From contig MFJD01000004.1 of assembly GCA_001779095.1 (NCBI GenBank), forward strand, positions 173,031-237,030: DNA of 64,000 nt, written 5' to 3'. Position 1 is the first letter of the stretch. Every line of letters begins with the position of its first letter. The notes beneath the pieces are model-generated. The model saw only the letters and a program-made list of their open reading frames with translations, made no database searches and was not told the origin of the DNA. This DNA is from Candidatus Gottesmanbacteria bacterium RBG_16_52_11. GTDB taxonomy: Bacteria; Patescibacteriota; Microgenomatia; UBA10105; UBA927. The position numbers were made by a program, and so were the translations under genes. Below, one piece after another: positions 53,658-62,879 of the stretch.

Positions 53658-54081
53658 GCGGCAGCTGCATCAGCTCACGCAGCTCGGCGACCGTATGATA
53701 TTCAACGAAAACCCGTTCCCGGCCGCTCTGGACGTGAGTCAGGACATTAAAACGCCGGTTATCAGGATCATACGCAGCATCGATCAATTCAATCCTGGTT
53801 CCGTCAGCGGTGACGTAAAAGGGAGTGATTGTTTCTGTTTGTCCGCCTGAATCGTCATTCTCCAGACGGTAGGTAAGTGGTTCGTGGACGTTGCCGTTAT
53901 CGCGGATAATCTGCCTTTCCAAGCCTTCCGCGACTCCGTACCAGGAATCCCCCGGATCTCCCCGGACGACAAAATTCGCTCCGTCAAATCCCAGATTACG
54001 CAGCAGTCCGGCCAGGCTTTCTTCAGGCATGATTTGCGCCTGAAGCTCCAGGTAACGGCGTCTATCGTCCTCAACAGCCAT
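53650..54081 (-). CDS. hypothetical protein (143 aa)
   Basis: ORF co-oriented with, and overlapping by 8 nt, the downstream 52857-53657 gene. No recognisable motif. Confidence 0.4.
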   Translation of the reverse strand: MAVEDDRRRYLELQAQIMPEESLAGLLRNLGFDGANFVVRGDPGDSWYGVAEGLERQIIRDNGNVHEPLTYRLENDDSGGQTETITPFYVTADGTRIELIDAAYDPDNRRFNVLTHVQSGRERVFVEYHTVAELRELMQLPLD

Positions 54082-54113
54082 AGGAGATTGTGCGGGCCAG
54101 GAAACTGATTATA

Positions 54114-55586
54114 TCACAGGATTCTTTTGACCGGCTGGTCGGGACCGGCAAAATCCCGGTCACCGGCCGGATGCTTCGCCGGTGCATCATATTCACCGAT
54201 AGACTCCAGTGGCAGATAAGAGACCATGGTGTGATCATACGCATATTTGGCATTCACATCGGGAATTTCCGGCATTTCTCCGTGCTGGTGGGCATAGATC
54301 AGCTGACGGGGGCGGTAACGGTGTATCAGAGATTTCAGATTATCGATCATCAGGACATCCTGCTTTCCCGGTTTTCTGCCCGGGGCGTGGCGCCGGTTAT
54401 CCAGATGGTGGTGGGCCAGCATGATTATTTCCAGACCCTCGGATCTGGCCTGACTGACCTCGTCAGCAATTAGCTCCAATCTGTCTTCCGGCACGTTTCC
54501 CAGATACTTGAGTTCGTTAAACGGTACCAGGATGTGGTAGGTCGCTTTAGAACGAAGTCCGCTGATTTCTTTGGTGCAGTTTATCCCCATACCCTCCAGA
54601 TATTTTTGGGTATCAAATACCCGGTCCAGGCCGTGGGAAATCGCGTCCTGACCGGCCGGCATGTCTTCGTTACCCTCGATCCAGACTATTTTGACGCCCC
54701 GACCTTTCAGTTTCAGAAGCGGCAGGGAAAGCTGTCTAGCACTTTCTTCGTACTGGTCCATATAGTTCTGGCGGATTTCTTTGGGCAGAGTCTTCACCCA
54801 GGTGCCGGAGTTAAGCCCGACTGCCGGGGGTTCCGCCACGGCCTGCCTGATCCAGGAAATATATGTTCCGAGTACCCCGTCGGGTGGAGTTTCATCCGTT
54901 ATAGCGGGTAAATCCGCAACCGGATATGCCTTCATCTGTTGCCGGGCTAGTGATAGAAGCGGTGTTAGGTCACCGGGATCGGTAAGCTTTGTCCCCCCCA
55001 TATCTTCGATGGCAAAACGCAGAAGCCGGATGGCTCCGGCGCGGATGGTGGGACTTTCGGTGCCGGCCGCACCGGCAGTGCTGCCAAGAATTTCCGCCGG
55101 CGAGATATCGGGATTTTGGGAGACGAGGAGATTCACCCGGTTCATCAGGTTGTCGTAGAAAAGCTTCTTCTGGCGGACCGTGCTCAGGTCTTTGGCGCCC
55201 GGCAAATCGCCGCCCAGAAATACCGTATCAGGCAGATCAGCTTCCCTGGCGTCGGCCAGTTCATTCAGGTGTGATAAAAGTTCCGGACTGCCGCCGTGGA
55301 TACAGCCGATGTAGAACATCCGGTCTTCGTACTTACGGCGGATTTCGGCAGCTTTTTCCGGGGAAAGCGACGCGCGGTATGATCCGATGACCAAAGACCG
55401 GTCAACATTGTTGTCCACGGCTGCCGATTCGATTTCCAATCGGAGCGCTGACGGGAAATGTGACCCGGTCGACCGGTCAAGTGCAGCCGCGTCATCCAGA
55501 CGGGTTTTCCGGCCGGGACTGATACCGGTTTCCTGGGATGGGGGAATATGCCATTCGTGCGCGCCAGGGACTATTTCGGCTGACAT
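54114..55586 (-). CDS. metallophosphoesterase (calcineurin-like)-related protein with atypical metal-ligand motifs
   Basis: Shows the ordered motif pattern FYIGCIHGG (I), FLGGDLPG (II), IEGNED (III, GNH[DE]-like), IMLAHHH (V) and YAHQHGE (VI, GHxH-like). Several canonical His/Asp ligands are substituted. Confidence 0.4.
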
Positions 55587-55652
55587 GGGGGAATTATACC
55601 ACGGCGCTTGACAGGCTATTAGCGTTGCCGTACCCTTCCCGGTAAAGGATTT

Positions 55653-56315
55653 ATGGGTAAGCTGCTTCGGATCATTACCCCACTACATAAACGGACAACC
55701 CGGGACTATATCGGCCGGATGACGGACAACAAGGTCGAGGCCATGGGAGTGGCCAAAAAGTACGGCCGGGATTACTGGGACGGGGACAGGCGGTACGGTT
55801 ACGGCGGATACCGCTACGACGGGAGATGGGAAAAAGTCGCCCGGAAACTGATCCGTACCTACAAACTGAAAAAGAATGCCAGGATTCTCGATGTCGGCTG
55901 CGGCAAGGCGTTCCTTCTCTATGAACTCAAGAAACTGCTGCCCCAATCCACTATCGTGGGCATGGATATTTCCCGCTGGGGGCTGTCACACGCTCCGAAG
56001 GAAATCCGGAAATACTTACGGGTCCACCGGGCAGAGGATACATACCCATTTAAGGACTGGGAGTTCGATCTGGTAATTTCCATCACTACGCTCCACAATC
56101 TGACCATCGACAAACTGGCTGCGGCATTGGGCGAAATCGAGCGGGTGGGAAAACACAAGTATATTGCGGTCGAGAGCTATAGGAACGACCCGGAGCAGTT
56201 CAATTTACAGTGCTGGGCGCTCACCTGCGCTGCCTTTTTCAGCAAAAGGGAATGGGTCTGGCTCTACCGGCATTTCGGGTATACCGGGGATTACGAGTTT
56301 ATTTATTTTGAGTAA
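55653..56315 (+). CDS. class I SAM-dependent methyltransferase
   Basis: [12 protein letters not shown] (motif I) and [12 protein letters not shown] motifs identify the family. Confidence 0.7.
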
Positions 56316-56625
56316 ACCCTTTTTTCGTTGCTTGCTCAAATAACATACTCGATTTCTTTGCTCGTCCAAAGAAATCGGGGAAAGAAAGGACGCCCCGGGT
56401 GAAATTTTTCCGGGATTTCTAATCCTCACTCTGGCTGGGACAGAGAGGATTTATCAGATCCGAATATACAGTTGGTATGGACTTCCCAAGTATTAGGTAT
56501 AGTACTGTGAACAACTAGCCAGCCTCCGTTCGGAAAGGAATCCGCTGAAAAATTCCAACGGGGATTATTATTAAAGGTATGATGTATAATCCTTCTCGGA
56601 AAATCTTCAACGGGGAAAATCTAGT
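56316..56625. repeat. 310-bp structured intergenic region (repeat family B), homologous to 12791-13030
   Basis: Contains hairpin atttctttg-ctcgtc-caaagaaat (56352-56375), where the stem is conserved and the loop differs from copy A. Also the conserved block gacgccccgggtgaaatttttccggg...ctcactctggctgggacaga, and two copies of the CAGCCTCCGTTCGG...CAACGGGG motif. The second copy carries the exact 18-mer GGAAAATCTTCAACGGGG found at about 13014, ending 10 nt before the ATG at 56626. Confidence 0.65.
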
Positions 56626-57660
56626 ATGAAAGCGGCAATCCTGACAGAACTAAAAAAACCGCTGGTGGTGGCGGATATCGATCTGCCGAAAACCCCGGAC
56701 TACGGACAGGTCCTGGTGAGGGTCAGGTATTCCGGCATCTGCGGGGCGCAGCTTAATGAAATCGACGGCGCCAAAGGTCCCGATAAGTTCCTGCCGCACC
56801 TGTTGGGGCATGAAGGCGGGGGAGTAGTGGAAAAAGTCGGGCAGGGTGTGACACAAGTTAAACGGGGCGACCATGTGGTGCTCCATTGGCGGCAGGGACG
56901 GGGCATCCAGTCCGCCACTCCGGTATACCGGTGGGGTAAGAAAAAGGTGAATGCCGGCTGGGTGACTACTTTCAACGAGTACGCCGTGGTATCGGAAAAC
57001 CGGGTGACGCCGATACCCAGAGATTACAGTCTGGAGTCAGCATCCCTTTACGGCTGCGCCATTACATCGGCATTCGGGGTGGTGCATAACGACGCCGGCC
57101 TGAAAAGCGGCGAGTCGATTATCATATACGGGGCCGGAGGAGTCGGATCGGCAATAATTCTGGCCGCCCGGGTAGCCGGCGCCAATCCGATAGTGGCGGT
57201 TGACATCCTGGATTCCAAACTCAATTTTGCCCGGACAATCGGGGCAACCCATACTTTAAACGGTTCAAAAACAGATATTGAAAAGGCGGTCCGACCGGTC
57301 GTTGGTGATGCCGGGGCTGATGTGACTGTCGACACTACCGGCATAGCCGGTATCCGGGAACTGGCTTACCGGAGCGCATCGCCGGCCGGCCGGACGGTGC
57401 TGGTGGGCGTACCGAGAAAGGGCGAAACCATGTCTATCGATTCATTCCCGCTGCATTTTGACAAAGTTCTGACCGGCAGCCACGGCGGCGACGCCGATCC
57501 GGCCTACGATATCCCCAGGCTGATCCGGCTGGAGAGAACCGGAGCATTCGATCCTGCTAAACTGATTACGAAAACATACCCCCTGGACAGGATAAATGAA
57601 GCAATTGCCGCAGTCAGAAACGGCAGCGTCATCCGGGCGGCAGTGAAAATGGATTTATAA
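56626..57660 (+). CDS. zinc-type medium-chain alcohol/sugar dehydrogenase (MDR family)
   Basis: GICGAQLNEIDG (the GHE/C zinc-ligand region), LLGHEGGGVVEKVG and GAGGVGSAIILAARVAG (NAD Rossmann fold). Confidence 0.8.
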   Translation: MKAAILTELKKPLVVADIDLPKTPDYGQVLVRVRYSGICGAQLNEIDGAKGPDKFLPHLLGHEGGGVVEKVGQGVTQVKRGDHVVLHWRQGRGIQSATPVYRWGKKKVNAGWVTTFNEYAVVSENRVTPIPRDYSLESASLYGCAITSAFGVVHNDAGLKSGESIIIYGAGGVGSAIILAARVAGANPIVAVDILDSKLNFARTIGATHTLNGSKTDIEKAVRPVVGDAGADVTVDTTGIAGIRELAYRSASPAGRTVLVGVPRKGETMSIDSFPLHFDKVLTGSHGGDADPAYDIPRLIRLERTGAFDPAKLITKTYPLDRINEAIAAVRNGSVIRAAVKMDL

Positions 57661-57694
57661 GTCCGCTGATATTCATCAGATCCCGGAGCATCAG

Positions 57695-58498
57695 ATGTTT
57701 AACAGTCAAAAGCTAAGACAGGCGGATTGTGTAATGTCAGGGAGATTACGCCATACGGCAAAAACCATCGACTGGGGGGATGAAGCTTCCTTCACCGGGC
57801 CGCAGCATTATTTCCGGGAAAGTTTGATAATCCGGACAATAAAGTCAGTTCTCCCTAAGGGAAATGTGCTGGATCTGGGGTGCGGCGGCGGCAGCCTGAT
57901 GGTACGGCTGGCCAGACAGGGATACCACGCATACGGAATTGATATGTCCCCCAAAGCGGTTGCCCGGGTGAAGGCAACGGTTGCGGGATATGCCTGGCGC
58001 AAAATGGTGCATGTCCGGACGGGCGATGCGACAAAAATCCCCTACCCCCCGGCCAGTATGGACGCGGTCGTAGCCGGTGAAACCCTGGAACATGTCATCC
58101 ATGACCGGGTAGCGGTCAGCGAAGCGTACCGGGTACTAAAACCGGGCGGCAGTTTCATCATTACGGTACCGGCAAATCCCCGTAAATTCGGTGAGATTGA
58201 CCGCCTGGCCGGTCATGTCAGACGGTATACCCGGAATGATCTGAGCTACATTCTGAAAAACGCCGGATTTACGGTCGAACGGATTTTTCAGTGGGGTTTT
58301 CCGCTGACGAACCTGTGGCAGACGTATCTGCTTCTGCCCCTGATCCGGTGGCGGATAAAGCAGGGGGATGCCGTACCTGCGCCTGTCTGGCCGGAGCCGG
58401 CACTACGACTACTGTCTCAGGTATTTTCCGTAGATCTTGTAATCCGCCGGGGCGATCGGGGAGACTGTCTGTTTGCCGTTGCCCGGAAAAATCCATAG
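57695..58498 (+). CDS. class I SAM-dependent methyltransferase
   Basis: VLDLGCGGGSL (motif I) and DAVVAGETLEHV motifs identify the family. Confidence 0.7.
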   Translation: MFNSQKLRQADCVMSGRLRHTAKTIDWGDEASFTGPQHYFRESLIIRTIKSVLPKGNVLDLGCGGGSLMVRLARQGYHAYGIDMSPKAVARVKATVAGYAWRKMVHVRTGDATKIPYPPASMDAVVAGETLEHVIHDRVAVSEAYRVLKPGGSFIITVPANPRKFGEIDRLAGHVRRYTRNDLSYILKNAGFTVERIFQWGFPLTNLWQTYLLLPLIRWRIKQGDAVPAPVWPEPALRLLSQVFSVDLVIRRGDRGDCLFAVARKNP

Positions 58499-58515
58499 TG
58501 TATGCTATACGTTGT

Positions 58516-59757
58516 ATGACGGGGAGACGGATATATATCCTGGCAGTGCTTCTGGCCGGGTTACTTCTCAGGTTGTGGCTGTCAGATCTGGCGCCGAAGA
58601 ATCTGGAATGGGACGCGTATTACTACTTTCAGGCGGGACGTGATATCGCAGCCGGGACAGCCCGGGCGAACTGCTGCAATATGGCTCCGGGCTACCCGCT
58701 GTTTCTGGCGGTCCATCAGATTATATTCGGTCCGGCGGCCCTCTCTGCAGTCCGAATCAGTCAGGCAGTTCTGGATCTTATCACAGCTGTCCTGGTCTAC
58801 GTGCTCGCCCGGCGTCTGTTCGGCGCGAAAGCAGCCATGCCAGCTTTCACAGTGGCAGCGCTGCAACCTCTGACGCCTTCATATACCGGACTGATCCTCA
58901 CGGAAACCCTGACGCTGACACTGGTCACTGGGGCGGCCTCAATCCTGACGGCCCGGAAATTCAGCCGGACACCGTATCTCTGGTTTGCGCTGGGTGCGGT
59001 ACTCGGGTATACGGCAATCGTGAAAATGTCCCTGTTTCAGTTTACTGCCGTCATGCTGGCTGTCATGGCATTATACTTCGTGATACGGAAAAAGTGGCTG
59101 TTCGTACCCGTTGCTTTGGGGGGGTTTGCCGCAGCGGTATCCTACTCGGTGTACCTTAATTTGCAGACATTCGGAATTGCCAGCATTGTCCCTCCGTACC
59201 GGACCCTGATCGGCCCGCTTTACATCTCATCTTCCATGGGCAGAAGCGGTGAAATGCAGGGAGAACCCTACACCGTGACACCCGAGTATACGGAGTATAT
59301 CGGGGAGTATTACCGGTTGTATAATTCCGATCCGGAAAAACTGGTCGCCCACGACCGCAGCTACCGGGAGAAACTGATTTCCAAGATAAAAAGCGAGCCC
59401 GGGTATTACGTCAGACAGTTGCTGCGCAATAATATCTGGATGTGGGACAAGTATCACCTGTTTATTTACCGCGACCCGTTTTATCCGGCTGACGCAATAT
59501 GGCTGCGGACCGGAAACCTGCTGATACTATCCCTGCATCTGGTCGGGCTTTTCAGTTTCGTGATTCCGGACCGGCGCCGGCTGAGGCATCCGCTGGTTTT
59601 ATGGTCGCTGGCAATGGGGGGTTATACGGCGCTTGCCTACCCGGTATTCAATAATGAAACCAGACTGTCATTGCCGTATTACCCCCTGGTATTCCTGTGG
59701 GCGGGATACGGAATATGGACAGTTACGCAAAAAATCCTTTTACGGAGGCAGTCGTGA
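58516..59757 (+). CDS. GT39/PMT_2 family GT-C glycosyltransferase (ArnT-like)
   Basis: LEWDAYYYFQAGRDIAAG (the DE/D.YY..A..I loop), TETLTL and about 11 TM segments. The ATG at 58516 (MTGRRIYILAVLLAG) is preferred, because the track start at 58291 overlaps the upstream methyltransferase. Confidence 0.65.
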   Translation: MTGRRIYILAVLLAGLLLRLWLSDLAPKNLEWDAYYYFQAGRDIAAGTARANCCNMAPGYPLFLAVHQIIFGPAALSAVRISQAVLDLITAVLVYVLARRLFGAKAAMPAFTVAALQPLTPSYTGLILTETLTLTLVTGAASILTARKFSRTPYLWFALGAVLGYTAIVKMSLFQFTAVMLAVMALYFVIRKKWLFVPVALGGFAAAVSYSVYLNLQTFGIASIVPPYRTLIGPLYISSSMGRSGEMQGEPYTVTPEYTEYIGEYYRLYNSDPEKLVAHDRSYREKLISKIKSEPGYYVRQLLRNNIWMWDKYHLFIYRDPFYPADAIWLRTGNLLILSLHLVGLFSFVIPDRRRLRHPLVLWSLAMGGYTALAYPVFNNETRLSLPYYPLVFLWAGYGIWTVTQKILLRRQS

Positions 59758-60533
59758 GTTTCCCGGTAAAGGTTGCCTCTGCAGAACGGACCGATCCGGA
59801 TAATCCGTCAGTTTACCCCGTGCTTCTTGAGCACCTGGCAGCTTACCGGTTTGCCGTGGCCTACGTCCGCGGCAAAAAGGTGCTGGAGCTGGGGTGCGGA
59901 ACCGGGTACGGAGCGCAGTTAATAGCCCGCAATGCCAGGCAGGTTACGGCAATTGATATAGACAGGGCAACCATAGAAACGTGTCAGGCCGCAAATACCA
60001 GACGAAACCTGAAATTCCTGACTTCCCCGGTGGAGACGTTTTCGGACGGGCGCAGGTATGACGTGGTGGTGTCTTTTCAGGTGATCGAGCATCTGAGGAA
60101 TCCGGCGAAGCTTCTTGAGACGGCCGGGAAGCATCTGACGAAGCCGGGAGTTCTGATACTGTCAACGCCGAACAAGACGACCCAGGGATACAACGAGAAT
60201 CCGTTTCACTTCCGGGAATTTACCGCGGGCGAGCTGGAGGAATTTCTGGGGAAACGTTTCCGGAAAACCGTACTCTTCGGAGTATACGGAAACCGGACGG
60301 TTGAAACCTACGAATCCGGGCGCAGGGAGAAAATCGGACGGATCTTCGCCCTGGATCCGCTGCGGATAAGGCGCGTCATTCCCCGGCCGGTGAGGCAGGT
60401 AATCTTCAATTACGCTGCCATGGCAGTCAAAGGCAGCATCGGACAGCCGCAACCGGGGCGGGGGAATTATATATACCGGGTGCTGTCCCGGACAATCGGG
60501 GCGATAGACCTGATTGCGGTTTCGGATACCTAA
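59715..60533 (+). CDS. class I SAM-dependent methyltransferase
   Basis: VLELGCGTGYGA (motif I) and DVVVSFQVIEHL motifs identify the family. The track start at 59697 is a GTG, and an ATG lies at 59715. Confidence 0.7.
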   Translation: MDSYAKNPFTEAVVSFPVKVASAERTDPDNPSVYPVLLEHLAAYRFAVAYVRGKKVLELGCGTGYGAQLIARNARQVTAIDIDRATIETCQAANTRRNLKFLTSPVETFSDGRRYDVVVSFQVIEHLRNPAKLLETAGKHLTKPGVLILSTPNKTTQGYNENPFHFREFTAGELEEFLGKRFRKTVLFGVYGNRTVETYESGRREKIGRIFALDPLRIRRVIPRPVRQVIFNYAAMAVKGSIGQPQPGRGNYIYRVLSRTIGAIDLIAVSDT

Positions 60534-61602
60534 TATGGACCGGCCTCACGTTGATATCCTGATTATCAGCTTCGACAACATATCGGATACCCGGGAATGC
60601 CTGGATTCGGTACTCCGGACTGTATACCCGGATTTCACGGTGCATGTGGTTGATAACGGGTCCGATAATGCCGGGTTCAGGCAGCTCAAACAGGAATTCC
60701 CTGATCCGCGGTTGCGCTTTACCAGAAACAGGGACAATCCCGGATTTGCAGTCACCAACAACCGGCTGCTGTCCCGGGTGGGCGGACCGTTGGCGGTGCT
60801 TCTGAATAACGATACGACGGTAGATCCGAAGTGGCTGACACATCTGGTGAGAAGGATGATGTCGGATACCATACTGATAGCCTGCCAGCCGAAAATCCGT
60901 TCCTACTACCACCGCAGTTACTTCGACTATGCCGGCGGCGGGGGAGGGTATATCGATGCTCTGGGATATCCGTATGTGCGCGGCCGGGTCGGATTTGTGC
61001 TGGAGAAGGACACCGGCCAGTACGATGATCCGGCCGGGATCCAGTGGGCCAGCGGTTCGGCCATGATGGTACGGATCCGTGACTTTGCCCGGGTGGGCAA
61101 ACTGGAAGAGACGTTTTTCATGTACCAGGAAGAGATCGACTGGTGCTGGCGGGCGCTGCGGCTGGGGTACCGGATCGGATTTACCCCGGAATCCGTGGTG
61201 TATCACAAAGGCGCCCAGGCGGCCAAGCATAATCTGGACCGGCGGACCTACCTGGTCCACCGGAATAACCTGCTGATGGTAGCCCGCAATGCTCCCGTGA
61301 CTGCGCTTATATGGATCATTCCCGTCCGGATAGTTCTGGATTTGGCCGCGGCGGCGTACTACCTGGGTAAGGGTCATGCGGGTTTTGTCGGATCGGTGGT
61401 GGCGGCGTATGCGGCATTCCTCCGCAGGCTGCCGGGTGTAATAGCCAGCCGGAAAAGTTCCGGCATAACGGAACGGAAAATCCGCTTCCGGCCGCTGAGC
61501 ATGTACTTGGCGTATTTTCTTCTCGGGCGAAGACGCTACAGCGAGCTGGTGGGGTTGCGGCAGCGGAACACGTCGCAGCTTATTGCCTATACCATATACT
61601 AA
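60514..61602 (+). CDS. GT2 family glycosyltransferase (larger, rhamnosyl/galactofuranosyl-transferase-like type)
   Basis: ILIISFDNISDTRECLDSVL..VVDNGSDN (the N-terminal GT-A and DxD-like motifs). 362 aa with a hydrophobic C-terminal tail. Confidence 0.7.
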   Translation: MRFRIPNMDRPHVDILIISFDNISDTRECLDSVLRTVYPDFTVHVVDNGSDNAGFRQLKQEFPDPRLRFTRNRDNPGFAVTNNRLLSRVGGPLAVLLNNDTTVDPKWLTHLVRRMMSDTILIACQPKIRSYYHRSYFDYAGGGGGYIDALGYPYVRGRVGFVLEKDTGQYDDPAGIQWASGSAMMVRIRDFARVGKLEETFFMYQEEIDWCWRALRLGYRIGFTPESVVYHKGAQAAKHNLDRRTYLVHRNNLLMVARNAPVTALIWIIPVRIVLDLAAAAYYLGKGHAGFVGSVVAAYAAFLRRLPGVIASRKSSGITERKIRFRPLSMYLAYFLLGRRRYSELVGLRQRNTSQLIAYTIY

Positions 61603-61634
61603 TCTAGAGCGCCTGGTATGGTAGATTTGGGTAT

Positions 61635-62879
61635 ATGAAAAGCAAATGGGAAACGGTTCTACTCACCGGACTTCTGACCGGCGGGGTAATATTTAAGTTC
61701 TGGTTTGCCCGGCTGAATCCCCAGCCGTTTATCTACGACCAGTGGCAGTATTTCAATTACGCCGTGCAGATGCTCCACAATGGTATCTGGGCGGATCCGT
61801 CCCGACTGTACGGTTTTCCGCTGCTTCTGGTTCCTCTGGTCCGGTTTTTCGGCGATGCCCGGATTCCGTTCACAGTGTGGAATGCGGTTGTGGATTCATT
61901 AACCGGACTGTTGGTCTTTGCCATAGCCAGGCGCACCATCGGGGGGACCGTGCCCTGGATAGCGCTGGTACTGTACCTGGTTAATCCCTTCACCGCCGGA
62001 TACGTCGGGGTGATGCTGACTGAGATGCCGGCAATCCTTTTCGTAACACTGCTTGGTTATCTGGTCGTAATTTCAAGCCGGACAAGGCAGCCGGCGGCAA
62101 TGCTTCTGACCGGACTGATTGCCGGATTCCTGCCGCAGATCCGGCCGGGATATGCGTACTTTTCGGCAGGAGTCCTCGTCTGGCTTCTTATTCATGTTGT
62201 CAGGTCCGTGAAGCGGTCGGGGCTGCCGGTAGCGCTGATCACGCTGGTGCTTTTTGCACTACCTTTTTTCTACAATATCGCAGCCAACCTGCGGATTTTC
62301 AATCAGTTCTCGGTCCAGTCGGTGGATGATGCGTTCTGGCGGGAAGCGTACCTGTCTGTTGTAGTTGACAAGGCACTGCCGACCGGGGATAACCGCCTCT
62401 GGCAGTGGCCGGCGGAAGCGCATCTGACCTGGGTCGAGTACTCATCTCCGACGACGCCGGAGGGGAGAGCCGCCATGGCGGATAAGTATAAGGACAAGGT
62501 TCTGTCCCATTTCCGGCAGGATCCGAAGGGGTTCATACTGTCGCATATCATCAGGATGAAGAATTCGTGGGAGAAGACGTATGTATATCCGTATGACGTA
62601 ATCCGGGAACTGCCCTACCGGAATCTGACGTACAACGGAAACGCCTTACTCCTGATTCTGGGATCCGGGGGTCTTATTGCCGGGCTTATACAATCACGCA
62701 AGCGCCGGGAAATCCGGCCGGCAGTCTGGTACAGCCTGGCTTTATTTGCCTACATGACCGTCACCCACGCCTTCACAACCGGCGAGGAGCGGTTTACTTT
62801 GCCGGCGTATCCGCTGGTGATACTGTGGACTGCTTACCTTATTCAGAAGTTATTTAAATCAGTCAGGTTACTTAGCTGA
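61635..62879 (+). CDS. GT39/PMT_2-like GT-C membrane glycosyltransferase
   Basis: IYDQWQYFNYAVQMLHNGIW first loop, LTEMPAILFV, and about 10 TM segments. Similar in architecture to the 25470 and 58516 genes. Confidence 0.6.
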   Translation: MKSKWETVLLTGLLTGGVIFKFWFARLNPQPFIYDQWQYFNYAVQMLHNGIWADPSRLYGFPLLLVPLVRFFGDARIPFTVWNAVVDSLTGLLVFAIARRTIGGTVPWIALVLYLVNPFTAGYVGVMLTEMPAILFVTLLGYLVVISSRTRQPAAMLLTGLIAGFLPQIRPGYAYFSAGVLVWLLIHVVRSVKRSGLPVALITLVLFALPFFYNIAANLRIFNQFSVQSVDDAFWREAYLSVVVDKALPTGDNRLWQWPAEAHLTWVEYSSPTTPEGRAAMADKYKDKVLSHFRQDPKGFILSHIIRMKNSWEKTYVYPYDVIRELPYRNLTYNGNALLLILGSGGLIAGLIQSRKRREIRPAVWYSLALFAYMTVTHAFTTGEERFTLPAYPLVILWTAYLIQKLFKSVRLLS

